Of a stretch of DNA of 64,000 nucleotides, positions 23,807 to 34,706 are shown piece after piece. The notes beneath the pieces were generated by a model. It did not search any database. It worked only from the letters and a program-made list of their open reading frames with translations, and was not told the origin of the DNA. The DNA lies in assembly GCF_022846255.1 (NCBI RefSeq), contig NZ_AP025682.1, one strand, 5' to 3'. The DNA comes from Escherichia coli. GTDB lineage: Bacteria; Pseudomonadota; Gammaproteobacteria; Enterobacterales; Enterobacteriaceae. Both the position numbers and the translations under genes were made by a program. Position 1 is the first letter of the stretch. Each line of letters starts with the position of its first letter.

Positions 23807-24943
23807 ATGACTGCTTTCACCCAAAAATTGACAGCCGCGATATCCACCATGCTGTTATGCGTATCATTAAGTGGAGTCACAAATATGAGTTACGCTGATA
23901 CAACCAATCCGAACGCGCCCGTTTCGCAGGTCGAGAAATGGGATAAAACTTTTGCTGAGAGCACGAAAGTTGATCACCGTAAGGTGACCTTTCCGAACCG
24001 GTACGGGATCACCTTAGTCGGGGATCTCTATATACCGAAGGATCGTGGCGATCGCAAGATGGCAGCAATTGCTGTTAGTGGCCCCTTCGGGGCGGTGAAA
24101 GAGCAATCCAGTGGCCTGTATGCGCAGACGCTGGCTGAACGGGGGTTTGTCACTCTGGCTTTTGACCCTTCATACACGGGTGAAAGCGGCGGCTACCCGC
24201 GAAACGTCGCATCTCCGGATATCAACACCGAGGATTTCAGCGCGGCGGTTGATTTCTTAGGCCTGCAAAAAGAGGTGGATCGCAACCGTATCGGGTTGCT
24301 CGGCATCTGCGGATGGGGTGGCATGGCCTTAAACGACGCCGCGATGGACACACGTGTCAAGGCGGTGGCGAGCAGCGTGATGTATGACATGAGCCGTGCA
24401 ATGGGGCATGGCGTGGGCGATGGCAAAGACCGCTATACCACTGCCGATCGTCGTGCCGTATTGCAGTATTTGAACATGCAGCGCTGGAAGGATGCTGAAA
24501 ATGGCGCTTTCGCGCCAGGCGGGCATGATATTTACGTTGATGAGAAGGGCAACGTCACCGCTTCCGATCGTATTTTACCGGAAACTTTGCCAGCGAATTC
24601 TAATCCGGTATTGAAAGAGTTCTTTGATTATTACCGCATGCCGCGTGGTTTCCATGCGCGTTCGGTCAACTCAACCAGTGCCTGGAATGCAACCATGCCG
24701 CTGTCATTTATGAATATGCCGCTGCTGAGTTACGCTAATGAAGTTACTATCCCTACACTCATCGTGACCGGTGAAAAAGCCCATTCACGCTATTTTGCTG
24801 AAGATGCCTTTAAGGCAATCGGCAGCAAAGAGAAAGAGTTAGTGATTGTCCCCGAGGCAAACCATGTTGATCTGTACGACAACGTTGCGGGTAAGATCCC
24901 ATTTGCCAAATTTGAGCAATTTTTCAAGGCAAACTTAAGATAA
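23807..24943 (+). CDS. Secreted alpha/beta hydrolase, dienelactone-hydrolase-like (Cys nucleophile elbow)
   Basis: Start moved to MTAFTQKL with a GAGGGGG RBS; signal-peptide-like N-terminus; G-I-C-G-W-G nucleophile elbow. Confidence 0.6.
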   Translation: MTAFTQKLTAAISTMLLCVSLSGVTNMSYADTTNPNAPVSQVEKWDKTFAESTKVDHRKVTFPNRYGITLVGDLYIPKDRGDRKMAAIAVSGPFGAVKEQSSGLYAQTLAERGFVTLAFDPSYTGESGGYPRNVASPDINTEDFSAAVDFLGLQKEVDRNRIGLLGICGWGGMALNDAAMDTRVKAVASSVMYDMSRAMGHGVGDGKDRYTTADRRAVLQYLNMQRWKDAENGAFAPGGHDIYVDEKGNVTASDRILPETLPANSNPVLKEFFDYYRMPRGFHARSVNSTSAWNATMPLSFMNMPLLSYANEVTIPTLIVTGEKAHSRYFAEDAFKAIGSKEKELVIVPEANHVDLYDNVAGKIPFAKFEQFFKANLR

Positions 24944-25119
24944 CCCGAAAGGTTTACCAGGCCACCTGTCGTAAACGGGTGGCTTTTAACTGCCTAGTGT
25001 GATGCAGAATATGCCGCATCTCCCTATATTCTCACCCAACTATTATGTCGTTATTCCCTGAATAACTTCTGACCCGATTGCGCTTGAATCTGGCTGGTTC
25101 GATATTAAGGGGGCTAATA

Positions 25120-26313
25120 ATGTCCACTGTAAGTCTCAAACAATTATACGGAAAAACGCATGCATACTGGAGCGGCGTATTCGCCATGACGCTTTGCGTG
25201 TTTGTGCTGATCGCTTCTGAGTTTATGCCAGTCAGCCTGCTTACGCTCATTGCCCATGATTTGCACGTTACCGAAGGGCTGGCAGGGCAAGGAATTGCTG
25301 TCTCTGGTGCGCTGGCGGTGCTTACCAGTCTGACTATCTCCCGTATTACCGGAGACCTGAATCGAAAATATCTTCTGCTGGGGCTGACGGCCTTAATGGC
25401 CATATCGGGAATAGTTATCACCATAGCACCTGACTATCCGGTTTATATGCTGGGGAGGGCCCTGATTGGTATCGTCATTGGAGGGTTCTGGTCAATGTCG
25501 GCTGCAACCGCCATTCGGCTCGTGCCGAAGCAGCATGTCCCCCGCGCACTGGCAATTTTTAACGGCGGAAACGCACTGGCCACCGTTGTGGCAGCGCCAC
25601 TTGGTAGCTATCTGGGGACAACCATCGGCTGGCGTGGGGCCTTTTTATGTCTGGTCCCCCTTGCGATAGCTGCGTTCATCTGGCAATGGGTCAGTCTGCC
25701 TCCGATGGAAAGTGATAAAACACAAAAGCCACAGAGATCTGTGCTTCGCCTGTTCAGCGTTGCCATCGTACCAACGGGACTGCTGGCCTGCGGACTCTTC
25801 TTTATGGGACAGTTTGCTTTATTTACCTACGTGCGCCCCTTTCTGGAGAGCGTCACCAGAGTGGGACCTTCTGATCTTTCTCTGATTTTGCTCGCAATAG
25901 GTGTAGCAGGTTTTGTCGGCACAATGATCGTCTCAACATTCCTGAACACCATATTTTATAAGACCTTAATAATGATCCCGTTGCTTATGGCAGCGATTAC
26001 CGGTGCGTTACTGCTGGTCGGACACCATATCTGGGCTGTTGCCGTTTTACTCAGCCTGTGGGGGCTACTTGCGACAGCTGCGCCAACGGGGTGGTGGACA
26101 TGGATAGCACGCGCGTTACCCGAAGATGCAGAGACGGGGGGAGGCCTCATGGTTGCAGTGATTCAGTTATCTATTGCACTTGGTTCAACGGCTGGAGGTC
26201 TGGTATTCGACAGTCTGGGATGGAGAAGTGCTTTTGGTTTAAGTGGTTTGTTACTTCTGGGAGCGGTAGCGATGACATGTGCCACATCCCGTCAAAACAG
26301 GAAGGCGCAGTAG
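25120..26313 (+). CDS. MFS transporter (12 predicted TM segments)
   Basis: Start moved to MSTVSLKQ with an AAGGGGG RBS; hydrophobic throughout with MFS-like loop motifs. Confidence 0.75.
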   Translation: MSTVSLKQLYGKTHAYWSGVFAMTLCVFVLIASEFMPVSLLTLIAHDLHVTEGLAGQGIAVSGALAVLTSLTISRITGDLNRKYLLLGLTALMAISGIVITIAPDYPVYMLGRALIGIVIGGFWSMSAATAIRLVPKQHVPRALAIFNGGNALATVVAAPLGSYLGTTIGWRGAFLCLVPLAIAAFIWQWVSLPPMESDKTQKPQRSVLRLFSVAIVPTGLLACGLFFMGQFALFTYVRPFLESVTRVGPSDLSLILLAIGVAGFVGTMIVSTFLNTIFYKTLIMIPLLMAAITGALLLVGHHIWAVAVLLSLWGLLATAAPTGWWTWIARALPEDAETGGGLMVAVIQLSIALGSTAGGLVFDSLGWRSAFGLSGLLLLGAVAMTCATSRQNRKAQ

Positions 26314-27427
26314 CGCAATCCTTTTATTTCTGGCGTACGCTCTTTAAGGCATCCGGCTGAGAGGCTAATGATCACTCCTCGCTCACAACGGACCTTCAGC
26401 TCAGCTGCTCCGGCCGCTTCATGCCATGAATGTACGCAGCCAGCCAGAATATTAAGGTGCGGATTTCAGTTCACTTGCCAGCCCAGTGATACAGGACAGT
26501 AATGACCAACAATTTTGTATTGACACAACAAGTTGCGGCCCCGGTTCGTGGAGGAGATTAAACGACTGTAGCCGGGGCCACTGAAATGAAGAATTCAGAG
26601 AGACTGAATGATATGTCGCACCTTCAGTGAATAGTGTAAAAACCGGGATATTCTCATCCGGGATTACCCACTCATACTCAATGCGTAACTTTAGTGCGGC
26701 CCCACAGGTAAGAGCCGGACACATTTGTTGAGTACGCTGCAGAATTGGTAACCGGGGCCCTGCAGTCTTTAACTCTGTGTCTTGTGTTGCTCATTTGCCA
26801 CAAAATCCTGGTACGCCTGCTCAATCATTTCATTCAGCAGTTTTTTTGAGGGGACACCACGACTTTGGGTAATACTTTCAGGCTGTTTGTGGATTTTTCC
26901 GGACAGTTTCAGCGGACGGAACCATCAGCATGTTCATCACGCCTTTTTTGTTGCTCCCGGGCACTTTTTCAGCTCATCCACAATATAGCTGCTCTTCTCG
27001 CATTTTTGCCGATTTTAAAAATGCGAACAAAACATCCGTACATGATGTACAGATTAAACTGCCAGGGACTGGTGTCAGAAAGCCTCCGGTTAGCCTGCTC
27101 TTTCCGGAATGTGCCGGTTATGAAAAACCGGAAATTCAGTCTCTGTTGTAAGATGTACCCTCTGATACTACGTTTTCGTTTTCTCTGTGTATTTAACTCA
27201 CTGTATTTATTGTCTTTTTAAGCCTGACTGATATTCTCCGGTCATAGTGTGCCGGATAGACATCCCGTAACCTTCTCATTTTTATATAAAAATACCTGCA
27301 CTGTCTTCAGCGCATCTGTCTCCTTTAAGTAAAAAATGTTTTCACGTATTGCTGTAAATTCATTTTAAATCAGTATGTTATCCTGATATTGCTGTCTCCT
27401 GGTTTGATGCGTAATCGTTCTGCCTTT

Positions 27428-27461
27428 CTGGATGATTCTGGATGATTCTGGATGATTCTGG
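27428..27461. repeat. 10-bp tandem repeat (CTGGATGATT)x3 in a non-coding decayed stretch
   Basis: Direct reading. Confidence 0.9.
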
Positions 27462-28797
27462 TGCTTCCGGGTGCATTCTCCTCTGCACATGCAACAGTTC
27501 GTCATCGCCACGTGCCCAAAAAGCATATAAAAACGAATCGAATCTGATCGTTTTTTCAATCGTTTTTCACAGGAATTTCGTAGGGTGTTCTCCGCTATAG
27601 CCTCCATATTTGCTGTCTTTTTCTTCATAAATCGTATGCAATATAACCAGTCTGTCAAGACATCTTCCCTGCTGTTGAGGTGACGATCTCATTTCTGGTC
27701 TTTTCCGGGAGAGAGACGGTCAGATGAGCGAGCCGGATTTACTGCCAGAGGTACTCCCCGCGGCAGAAAATAGTGCTCCTGTTTCCGCAATCCGGGATCG
27801 GTAACGTCCCATGGTTAATGCCACTTGCAGCGTCAGGCACTGCAGGTTTACGTCGTGATCTGATTTCTTCTGCACTTATCCCGATCACGGAAGCTCCCCC
27901 TGCGCAGACATCGGTTCCTGCCGACATCTCACAATACCGCCAGGCTGTCATGCAGTAACACCCGCAATGCGGTCTGCGGTTTTAAGCGCACTCTCCTGTT
28001 TTCAGTGCACCGATAAGCGTTATAGAAAGTCTGGGGTGAGTTACTGAATGTCTGTTAAGTGGTGCCGTGGGTGGAGACTGCTTACTTTTCCACAGCAACT
28101 GCAGTCATTCAGGATGCTCAGGAGAGAATATGTCAACGCCACGAGCCGGGCCATTTTCATGCCAGCCAGTATATTTTCTACACTGATGCAGTCTGATTTT
28201 CACCATTCCATCCTCACTGATTGTCGTGTTGTTTTGGGTCATCACCACAGCTTTCCGTTTCTCTTTTAATCGGTAACGCTCTCCTTTGATATTCAGCGTG
28301 GTTGAGTGATGCAGCAGTCAATCCAGGAGCGCTGTTGTCCGGCAACCACCATATCAACTTCTTCCCGGCGTGCCGGCGCTGGTATCCAGGCCGGGTTTCG
28401 AAGCGAAGCGTTCCTGACGGACTCATTGACATCCGGGCCGGATGTAGTCATGCAGCATGGAACGTCCGCCCGTATACACTGACGGCGTCCGGCCGTGTAC
28501 AGAGATCGGTAAAATTCGTTACTACAACTGTTCCTGAATATCTGACGAAGAAACATTCAGCAATAACATCCGGCCGTGTACATCTCTTTTGCGGTGCAGG
28601 GAGCACTGTCGCCATGTACTTATTGTCACCAGGGTGAGGCATGTACCGCAGCATGCCAGCTCAGCAATGACAGGATGCCCTTAAGACATCCGTCATGGCT
28701 CAGTATGATGACGACGAACACGCTCTGCAGGTGAGCATGCAGGACCGGGGGTATCATCATTTCCGTATTTTGCCGCAGCTTCCGGAAACAACCGGCA

Positions 28798-29400
28798 TCA
28801 GTTACGGTTACCGTCAACCGTTGTGCGGTATGCCAGGAGCACGTACTGATCCATCAGATCCGTCAGTGCTGCGTTCTGCTTCTGACGGTCGATGATCCAT
28901 TCCCCCAGCTCTTTTTCTGATTTCCGTTTCAGGTTCTCCGTCCAGTCGTCAAGGCTGTTTCCGGTCATTAAATCAAGCCAGCAAAGCCAGACCAGTTTGA
29001 GGCGCAACTCCGTGCCACCAAACTGACGGAAGAGGCTGATCAGTTTATTTGCCAGAGAACGCTGCCTCAGACGTTCACATTCAGACAGCAGAATCCCTTC
29101 CAGCATCGGATGATGAACCAGCAGATGTTCGCTGGTGCATAAGTTCACCACCAGATCATCATCCAGGGGCGGCGTGGCCCGTTTGTCAGAGCCATAAATC
29201 AGCCGGTGCAGACTCCGGGGTACGATGGCAATCTTCGGTTTTTCACCATTGAATGACACCCACCCGGGCGTCAGATTATGGAAGTAGTGGATATTCGGAT
29301 GACACACGCCCCAGGATACGGCGTGCCGGGTGAAGCCGGTCAGCCATTTCTGGTAGCTTTCGTGGAGCAGCTCGTAACGGGTCTGATACTGTGGTTTCAT
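28798..29400 (-). CDS. Hypothetical protein immediately downstream of alpA (P4-like/satellite-type cargo)
   Basis: About 200-aa ORF; start placed at MKPQYQ because GAGGAA lies 7 nt upstream; co-oriented with alpA. Confidence 0.4.
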   Translation of the reverse strand: MKPQYQTRYELLHESYQKWLTGFTRHAVSWGVCHPNIHYFHNLTPGWVSFNGEKPKIAIVPRSLHRLIYGSDKRATPPLDDDLVVNLCTSEHLLVHHPMLEGILLSECERLRQRSLANKLISLFRQFGGTELRLKLVWLCWLDLMTGNSLDDWTENLKRKSEKELGEWIIDRQKQNAALTDLMDQYVLLAYRTTVDGNRN

Positions 29401-29493
29401 TTTCATATTCCTCACGGGGGATAACAGGCAGCAGAGTGCCGCCGGCAGGCCGGAGATTGCGTCTGCTGTGGGCGAAGGGCCAGTGGTTAAAAA

Positions 29494-29700
29494 TTACGGA
29501 CGGGACTGTGCAATACGCGCCTGCAGCCAGGCTTCCACTTCACTTTTCAGCCAGCGGGAGCTGCGGCCGAGTTTGATGGGAGCCGGAAAGGCCCCATCCT
29601 TGATGAGCTTGTAAAACCACTTATCGGTCAGGCCGGTCAGCTGAGTGATAAACGTCATATCGACCATCTGGTCATCCATCAGCGAAACTGGGGTGGTCAT
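29494..29700 (-). CDS. alpA: AlpA-family phage transcriptional regulator (prophage regulatory protein)
   Basis: 68-aa ORF with the AlpA signature ...ITQLTGLTDKWFYKLIKDGAFPAPIKLGRSSRWLKSEVEAWL... Confidence 0.7.
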   Translation of the reverse strand: MTTPVSLMDDQMVDMTFITQLTGLTDKWFYKLIKDGAFPAPIKLGRSSRWLKSEVEAWLQARIAQSRP

Positions 29701-30083
29701 AAAAATCTTCTCCGGATGTTGTTAATCTCAGCCGGCGTTGATGATGAAAACAACGCACCACCTTCACCGGCATAACAACCGGGGAGAAACGTAAAAAATC
29801 AGTAGGGGAATATTCCTGCCAGGAGAGAAACTGTTGTGTACAGGCAATACAGGTTGTCTGTTTTGTCAGTGAAGCCGGTATAAACGGAAGATGATTTTGT
29901 GTTGCCGGAATATGGGATGGCGTTTTGCCGTGACAGGATCAGTATTTTCAGTGATGATTATTACTGTGCAGGGGAGTACCGGAGAGAAACCACGCCCTGT
30001 ACCTGCCAGAGCGGTGGTTTGTATTGACTGAACGGAAGATAAAGCGAGGTAAACACTGTTGTGGTGAGCGGAGAAGACTGAGA

Positions 30084-30875
30084 TTATTCTCTGTAATTAC
30101 AAACAACAGTGATCTTATCCGGTTTTTTTACCGTTACGGGTTTCAGGGGATCAATTTTATAGACCGGGGTAATGACCACGCCGGAATTTATGGAGAAAAG
30201 CGGGATCCAGCAATAAACGTCAGGATATTTCTGTGTCTCCGGAATACCTTTTGTGCCAGAGGCCATCAGATCTTTAACGCTCACGAAAAATGACTTCCTA
30301 AGATCAAAAAAGTACTCGTTATATATCACATCCTTTGCCAGCAGGATGACTGCATTACCAACAGCCGATTTTACAGGTGTTTCATCAGGTGGATTATCGT
30401 GATTGTATATTGTTCTTTCTATATAAATAAAGCAGGCATATTTCGTCTTCTCCCCGGACAGTTGCATCTGGTATTCGCAAATGTCTTTGATACGCCGGCT
30501 TTCAACCCGTCCAATCATCTTATCCCGGCGATAGTGTCTTTTATGTTTCAGCGCGTACAGAACACCATTTGAACTGTCAAACTCCAGGATTTTTTTGGTG
30601 AAAAGTTTGTTTTCCCAGATTTCCAGACAATACTTCTCTGCGCTGACGACATTGCGTTTGTGGGGAAGATCCCGTTGATACACTCCATTTAATAAGCGTG
30701 ACTGCAGTTCGCCTGCAAGTTGATAGTAACAGTTAATGTCATTAAGGACAGGTGCTGTGGCGTTGAGTAATGTGTTGATTACCTTAGAGCGCGAAAGTTT
30801 GTGGATATGACAGTACTCATCCACAATTCGCAGCGTCTCATCACTGGTCATATTGAAAGTTATACGTGTTGTCAT
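30084..30875 (-). CDS. Hypothetical protein, possible N-terminal ribbon-helix-helix DNA-binding domain plus about 220-aa domain of unknown function
   Basis: 263-aa AT-rich ORF; N-terminus RITFNMTSDETLRIVDEYCHIHKLSRSKVINTLLNA is RHH-like by pattern; no strong RBS seen. Confidence 0.4.
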   Translation of the reverse strand: MTTRITFNMTSDETLRIVDEYCHIHKLSRSKVINTLLNATAPVLNDINCYYQLAGELQSRLLNGVYQRDLPHKRNVVSAEKYCLEIWENKLFTKKILEFDSSNGVLYALKHKRHYRRDKMIGRVESRRIKDICEYQMQLSGEKTKYACFIYIERTIYNHDNPPDETPVKSAVGNAVILLAKDVIYNEYFFDLRKSFFVSVKDLMASGTKGIPETQKYPDVYCWIPLFSINSGVVITPVYKIDPLKPVTVKKPDKITVVCNYRE

Positions 30876-31207
30876 GATGAAGTTTTCTGTTAATCATACT
30901 GGTTGATATGCATAACATTTCATAAAAAATGCTTTTAATTCATATAATTGATTTTTTGACTGGTTTTATCCTCGTGTGGTGGAAAGCAGTATTACTGCCA
31001 CTGTAGTCAGCATAACGCTATCACACAGAACCACCGAAAATGAAGCATTGCTCAGGGGGAAGCTGCCACTCGTATGAGTTCTCTGAACCATGATAACCAG
31101 TATTTTTCGTTTTGGGTGATTTGTTTATCGTTACAGCCATAAGCAGTTCATGTACCATTAAAAAATAATTAAGGTTAATTAGTATTATTTATAGAAGTAT
31201 GTTTATG

Positions 31208-31345
31208 TAACTCTACCTTGTAACTCTACCGTGTAAATGAACCCTGTAATTCTACCTTGTAAATGAACTCTGTCATTGTACCCTGTAATTCTACCTCTAC
31301 CTCTACCTCTACCTCTACCTCTACCTCTACCTCGTAAATACACCT
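31208..31345. repeat. Iteron-like repeat block: seven imperfect 12-13 bp direct repeats (TGTAA[C/T]TCTACC type) followed by (CTACCT)x7
   Basis: Direct reading; the hexamer array spans 31291-31332; about 0.9 kb upstream of a Rep-like gene. Confidence 0.8.
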
Positions 31346-32227
31346 TGTAACCAAGTCCTGTAGAAGTCTGTCTCATAGAAATATGTTCCTGTGCAGTGAT
31401 ACTCTCTGTAGTAGTACTTGTAACTCTGTCCTTAACTCTCTCTTCAGTAATGTAGTCCCGCAACACCTGAATATAAATCTGTAATGTACACACACTGACT
31501 GTAACGTGCTTTGTTAAGTAATACCTGTTATTTCTTCTGTTATTTTTCCTGTTGTTTTCTGTATTTTGTTGTATGGAGTAATAACTCTTCTGAACCCGTC
31601 ATCACCTTTATAGCTAAGAGTATGACTTCGCCAGTGTTGATACTGTGGATAACGGTGATTAAGGAATTACTGTTAATGATCTGTTCCTGCAGCTCACCTG
31701 ATGAGTTTTGGTAGTAATACGTAAAAGAGTATGCCTTATGCCATTAAACAGCCTTACGGAATGTTGTTTAACCCTGTACCTCTGTTACTCATGTAGTACG
31801 TTGCGGAAAGCTACGTTAATTGTAATATCTGGTTATGGCGTTATGCCTTCAGTATTAAAAACATCTTTTACCGGAGAAACAGGGAAGTGGGGAAAGGCTT
31901 TCGGGATAACGTCAGGCCATTCTGACGGTATTACGTTAATCACAGTACAGGATAACGGGAGGGTAATGGAATTTTAAACCAGAGTAGTTCCACTGTTGTT
32001 CACTGGAAAAAGTGATTTCCCACGCGCGTTATAAACGCCTTTCCGCTTCAGTCTGGTTACCAGAGCTTCAGGCGTTATATGCGCTGTAACTGGCTGTTAC
32101 GTATGCTGTTCTCTGTCTGCTTCTGATACCCCTGGACGTCGTTACCGGAGGTCACCCTGCCTGATAACGTTTTCTTCAAAAATTACGCCAGCGCTTCTTC
32201 CTGTGTTACAGAACACGAGGAAGAAAC

Positions 32228-32827
32228 ATGAAGACTTACAACACCAATCCCGGTTACGAAATGGATCCCCAGCTCCTGACACACTTTAACCAGCATCTGG
32301 ATTCATTATTCGGGGTATATTCGAAACTGTTACCGTTCAGAATGGATTTTGCTTACCGAAAAAACACCCTCAGCTACAGGTGTGCCTGCAGGTACGCCAT
32401 GTGCGCGGAGATACTGCGACTGATTAACGAAGTGGGAGAGAAACTGGTCGGGTATGCCTGGGTAATGGAATATACGGAACGTAAAGGGCTTCACATTCAT
32501 TTTGTGGGCTATCTGAACGGTCAGAGCCACAGGAGTTCGTATCTGGTATCCAGATTGATGGGAGATATCTGGAGGCGGGTTACCGAGGGTGATGGTTACT
32601 ACCACTGGTGCCGGTTTAATAAAAATTATCCGGTAAACATTAACCACGTCATTCACTATTCAGATCACAAAGCGGTGAATGCCTTACGCTATGCCCTCAG
32701 CTACCTGGCCAAACGAGAACAGAAAGAATGTGGCATCATCCTGAAATGCAGCGGGCTTCCTGAAAAAAGTAACCGGGGTCGACCGCGACTGGGCAGCACC
32801 CTGCCGGAGACTTATTCTCTGGTGTAA
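32228..32827 (+). CDS. Putative HUH-type replication initiator-like protein (YagK/YfjJ, inovirus Gp2-like family)
   Basis: 199-aa ORF with a GAGGAAG RBS; HUH-like motif LHIHFVGY and downstream Tyr-containing motif YALSYLAKRE; family assignment from memory. Confidence 0.45.
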   Translation: MKTYNTNPGYEMDPQLLTHFNQHLDSLFGVYSKLLPFRMDFAYRKNTLSYRCACRYAMCAEILRLINEVGEKLVGYAWVMEYTERKGLHIHFVGYLNGQSHRSSYLVSRLMGDIWRRVTEGDGYYHWCRFNKNYPVNINHVIHYSDHKAVNALRYALSYLAKREQKECGIILKCSGLPEKSNRGRPRLGSTLPETYSLV

Positions 32828-33192
32828 GACCCTGAACGACAACTACGGGCTGGCGCTAATTGTTACGGTCGGTTCCGGAGGCCACTTCAGGGACTCTGCG
32901 CATTTTTTACGACATGGCTATTCCGTATGAACCATACGGAGATTTAACCATGGCACATTCTTTACCATTCCTTCCGGCAACCGATACAGCGCATCCCCCG
33001 ATGTCCATCCCTGCCTGCTGACAGTTTTTTACGCCGGTGGGCCATTGTGTGACAACCACAGTGCTGTAACAGCAACCAGCCTGCTTTACCCAAACTCCAG
33101 TCCAGATTTTAACTGAACCGCCATTCACCCCCTGACCACACTGCCCGTACCGGGACAGCTGTTGCCTGCGTGTCGTCTGGCGGCTGAGGAAT

Positions 33193-33582
33193 ATGACGAT
33201 GTACGCAAAATCCTTTATTGCATTTGATGGCAACGGGCGTCTGACGGGTGCCCGTACCGCACAGACTGCACCTTACGATCGCTACACTTACCACCTTTGC
33301 GGCAGTGCGCTCAGATACCACCCGCAATACGACACTGAGCGTCCCTGGTTTGAACACACTGACGACGGGCTGACGGAGCACGGTCAGCAGTGCCCTTATG
33401 TCAGACCGGAACGCAGGGAGATACAACTGATTAAGCGTCTGCAGCAATTCGTACCGGATGCCTTACCCGTGGTGCGTAAAGCCAGCCGGCACTGCAGACA
33501 ATGTCATCACGATTATTATGGGGAGCGGTACTGCACGCACTGCCATACCGGGCACTTCAGTGAGGAGGGGGTGGCAGAATGA
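33193..33582 (+). CDS. Cys-rich hypothetical protein (zinc-ribbon-like), paralog 1
   Basis: 129-aa ORF with a TGAGGAA RBS; motifs C-x2-C ... WFEH ... C-x2-C-x8-C-x2-C-H-TG. Confidence 0.45.
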   Translation: MTMYAKSFIAFDGNGRLTGARTAQTAPYDRYTYHLCGSALRYHPQYDTERPWFEHTDDGLTEHGQQCPYVRPERREIQLIKRLQQFVPDALPVVRKASRHCRQCHHDYYGERYCTHCHTGHFSEEGVAE

Positions 33583-34004
33583 ACGGTATAAAAACGGGGC
33601 TGGGGATCACGCCGGGTGAACACATAATCAGTGCTGATTCTGCACTCAGCAGAAATATCCGGCAGTGTTTCTGCCTTTCCTGTCATGGCCGGTTGATTTT
33701 GCAGACAGATGCTCAGGGGGCATGGTTTGAGCATGATTTATATGCCCTGAGCGAGCAACAGAAGGCAGCCTGCGTGGTGCTGAATCCGGAGAAGTCCCAC
33801 CCTTACATTGAGGATATGGCGATGTTTTTATCGCCATTACCGGTCGTGCTGGAGTGGCATTGTATGATGTGCGAGGGGCTTTTTCATGGGAAGAAGTTCT
33901 GTGAGGCCTGTGGTACGGGGATTTATTGCAGAGCAACATGTACGAAGTATGTTTACAGGTACCAGCCAGATTTGTACCAGGACTGCGGAGGTGCACTCAC
34001 TTAA
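33579..34004 (+). CDS. Cys-rich hypothetical protein (zinc-ribbon-like), paralog 2, translationally coupled to paralog 1
   Basis: 141-aa ORF; ATGA start/stop overlap at 33579-33582 with a GAGGAGGGGG SD; same C-x2-C ... WFEH ... C-x2-C ... C-x2-C-G-TG pattern as paralog 1. Confidence 0.45.
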   Translation: MNGIKTGLGITPGEHIISADSALSRNIRQCFCLSCHGRLILQTDAQGAWFEHDLYALSEQQKAACVVLNPEKSHPYIEDMAMFLSPLPVVLEWHCMMCEGLFHGKKFCEACGTGIYCRATCTKYVYRYQPDLYQDCGGALT

Positions 34005-34706
34005 TCCGAAATGCCCGCTCTGCTCAGGGCGTTCAGGCTGACTATCAATGGCATACATTTTATCCGGTGTTTCGCACCCACACCGTGCAACGACTCGACA
34101 CCGGATATCCGCAGTCCCGCTTACCTGAATAAAACCCGGGGGATTGATTGTGTACTGTGGTGTGAAATCGCACCGTGATCGCTGATTCGCCGAATCCGCA
34201 CTGTGGTGTCAATCAACCACACGCGAGAGTCGTCTCAGGCTTCGCCTGCCTCAGGACGATTTCTGCATAGCTAATTCCCGGGGCAACATTTATAGAGGCG
34301 CTGTGCGCTCTGATGGTCGCCACTTCTGACCCGGACCATGCTCCTGATATGTCGGAATATAATGTGATGTTAGGCATCAGAGAGGAATATTTCGATGCCC
34401 CTAATCTGGGGCGTTTGATTCTGGATGTCTGGAGCAATCCGGGCTTTGTGTCACCGGACGAATCAAAGCAGTACCACCCGGGATGTGGCGCTGGATCGTC
34501 ATTCACCGGACTGTGAAGACATACTTAAAGAGCTGATATGGGCGTTCAGTGATTTCGCCCGCGATCATCGTGGTGTGTGTGATCCGGAAGCCCGTTACCT
34601 CGCCGGTAATCCTTGGTATCCGTAGCAGGCCAGCTCTGAAAGCACAGCTCAGCAGATTCCCCGCATTCGCACAACCTTCATAAATCTCACAGAGGACATT
34701 GTGGCC

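Noticed and set aside
26452-26760. Three GC-rich CCGGGGCC-type motifs, possible REP elements
   Set aside because: They do not match the REP consensus or form the expected paired palindromes; too weak to call.
31291-31332. Possible CRISPR array suggested by the regular (CTACCT)n repeats
   Set aside because: Repeat units are only 6 bp with no spacers and there are no cas genes nearby. This is a microsatellite, not a CRISPR array.
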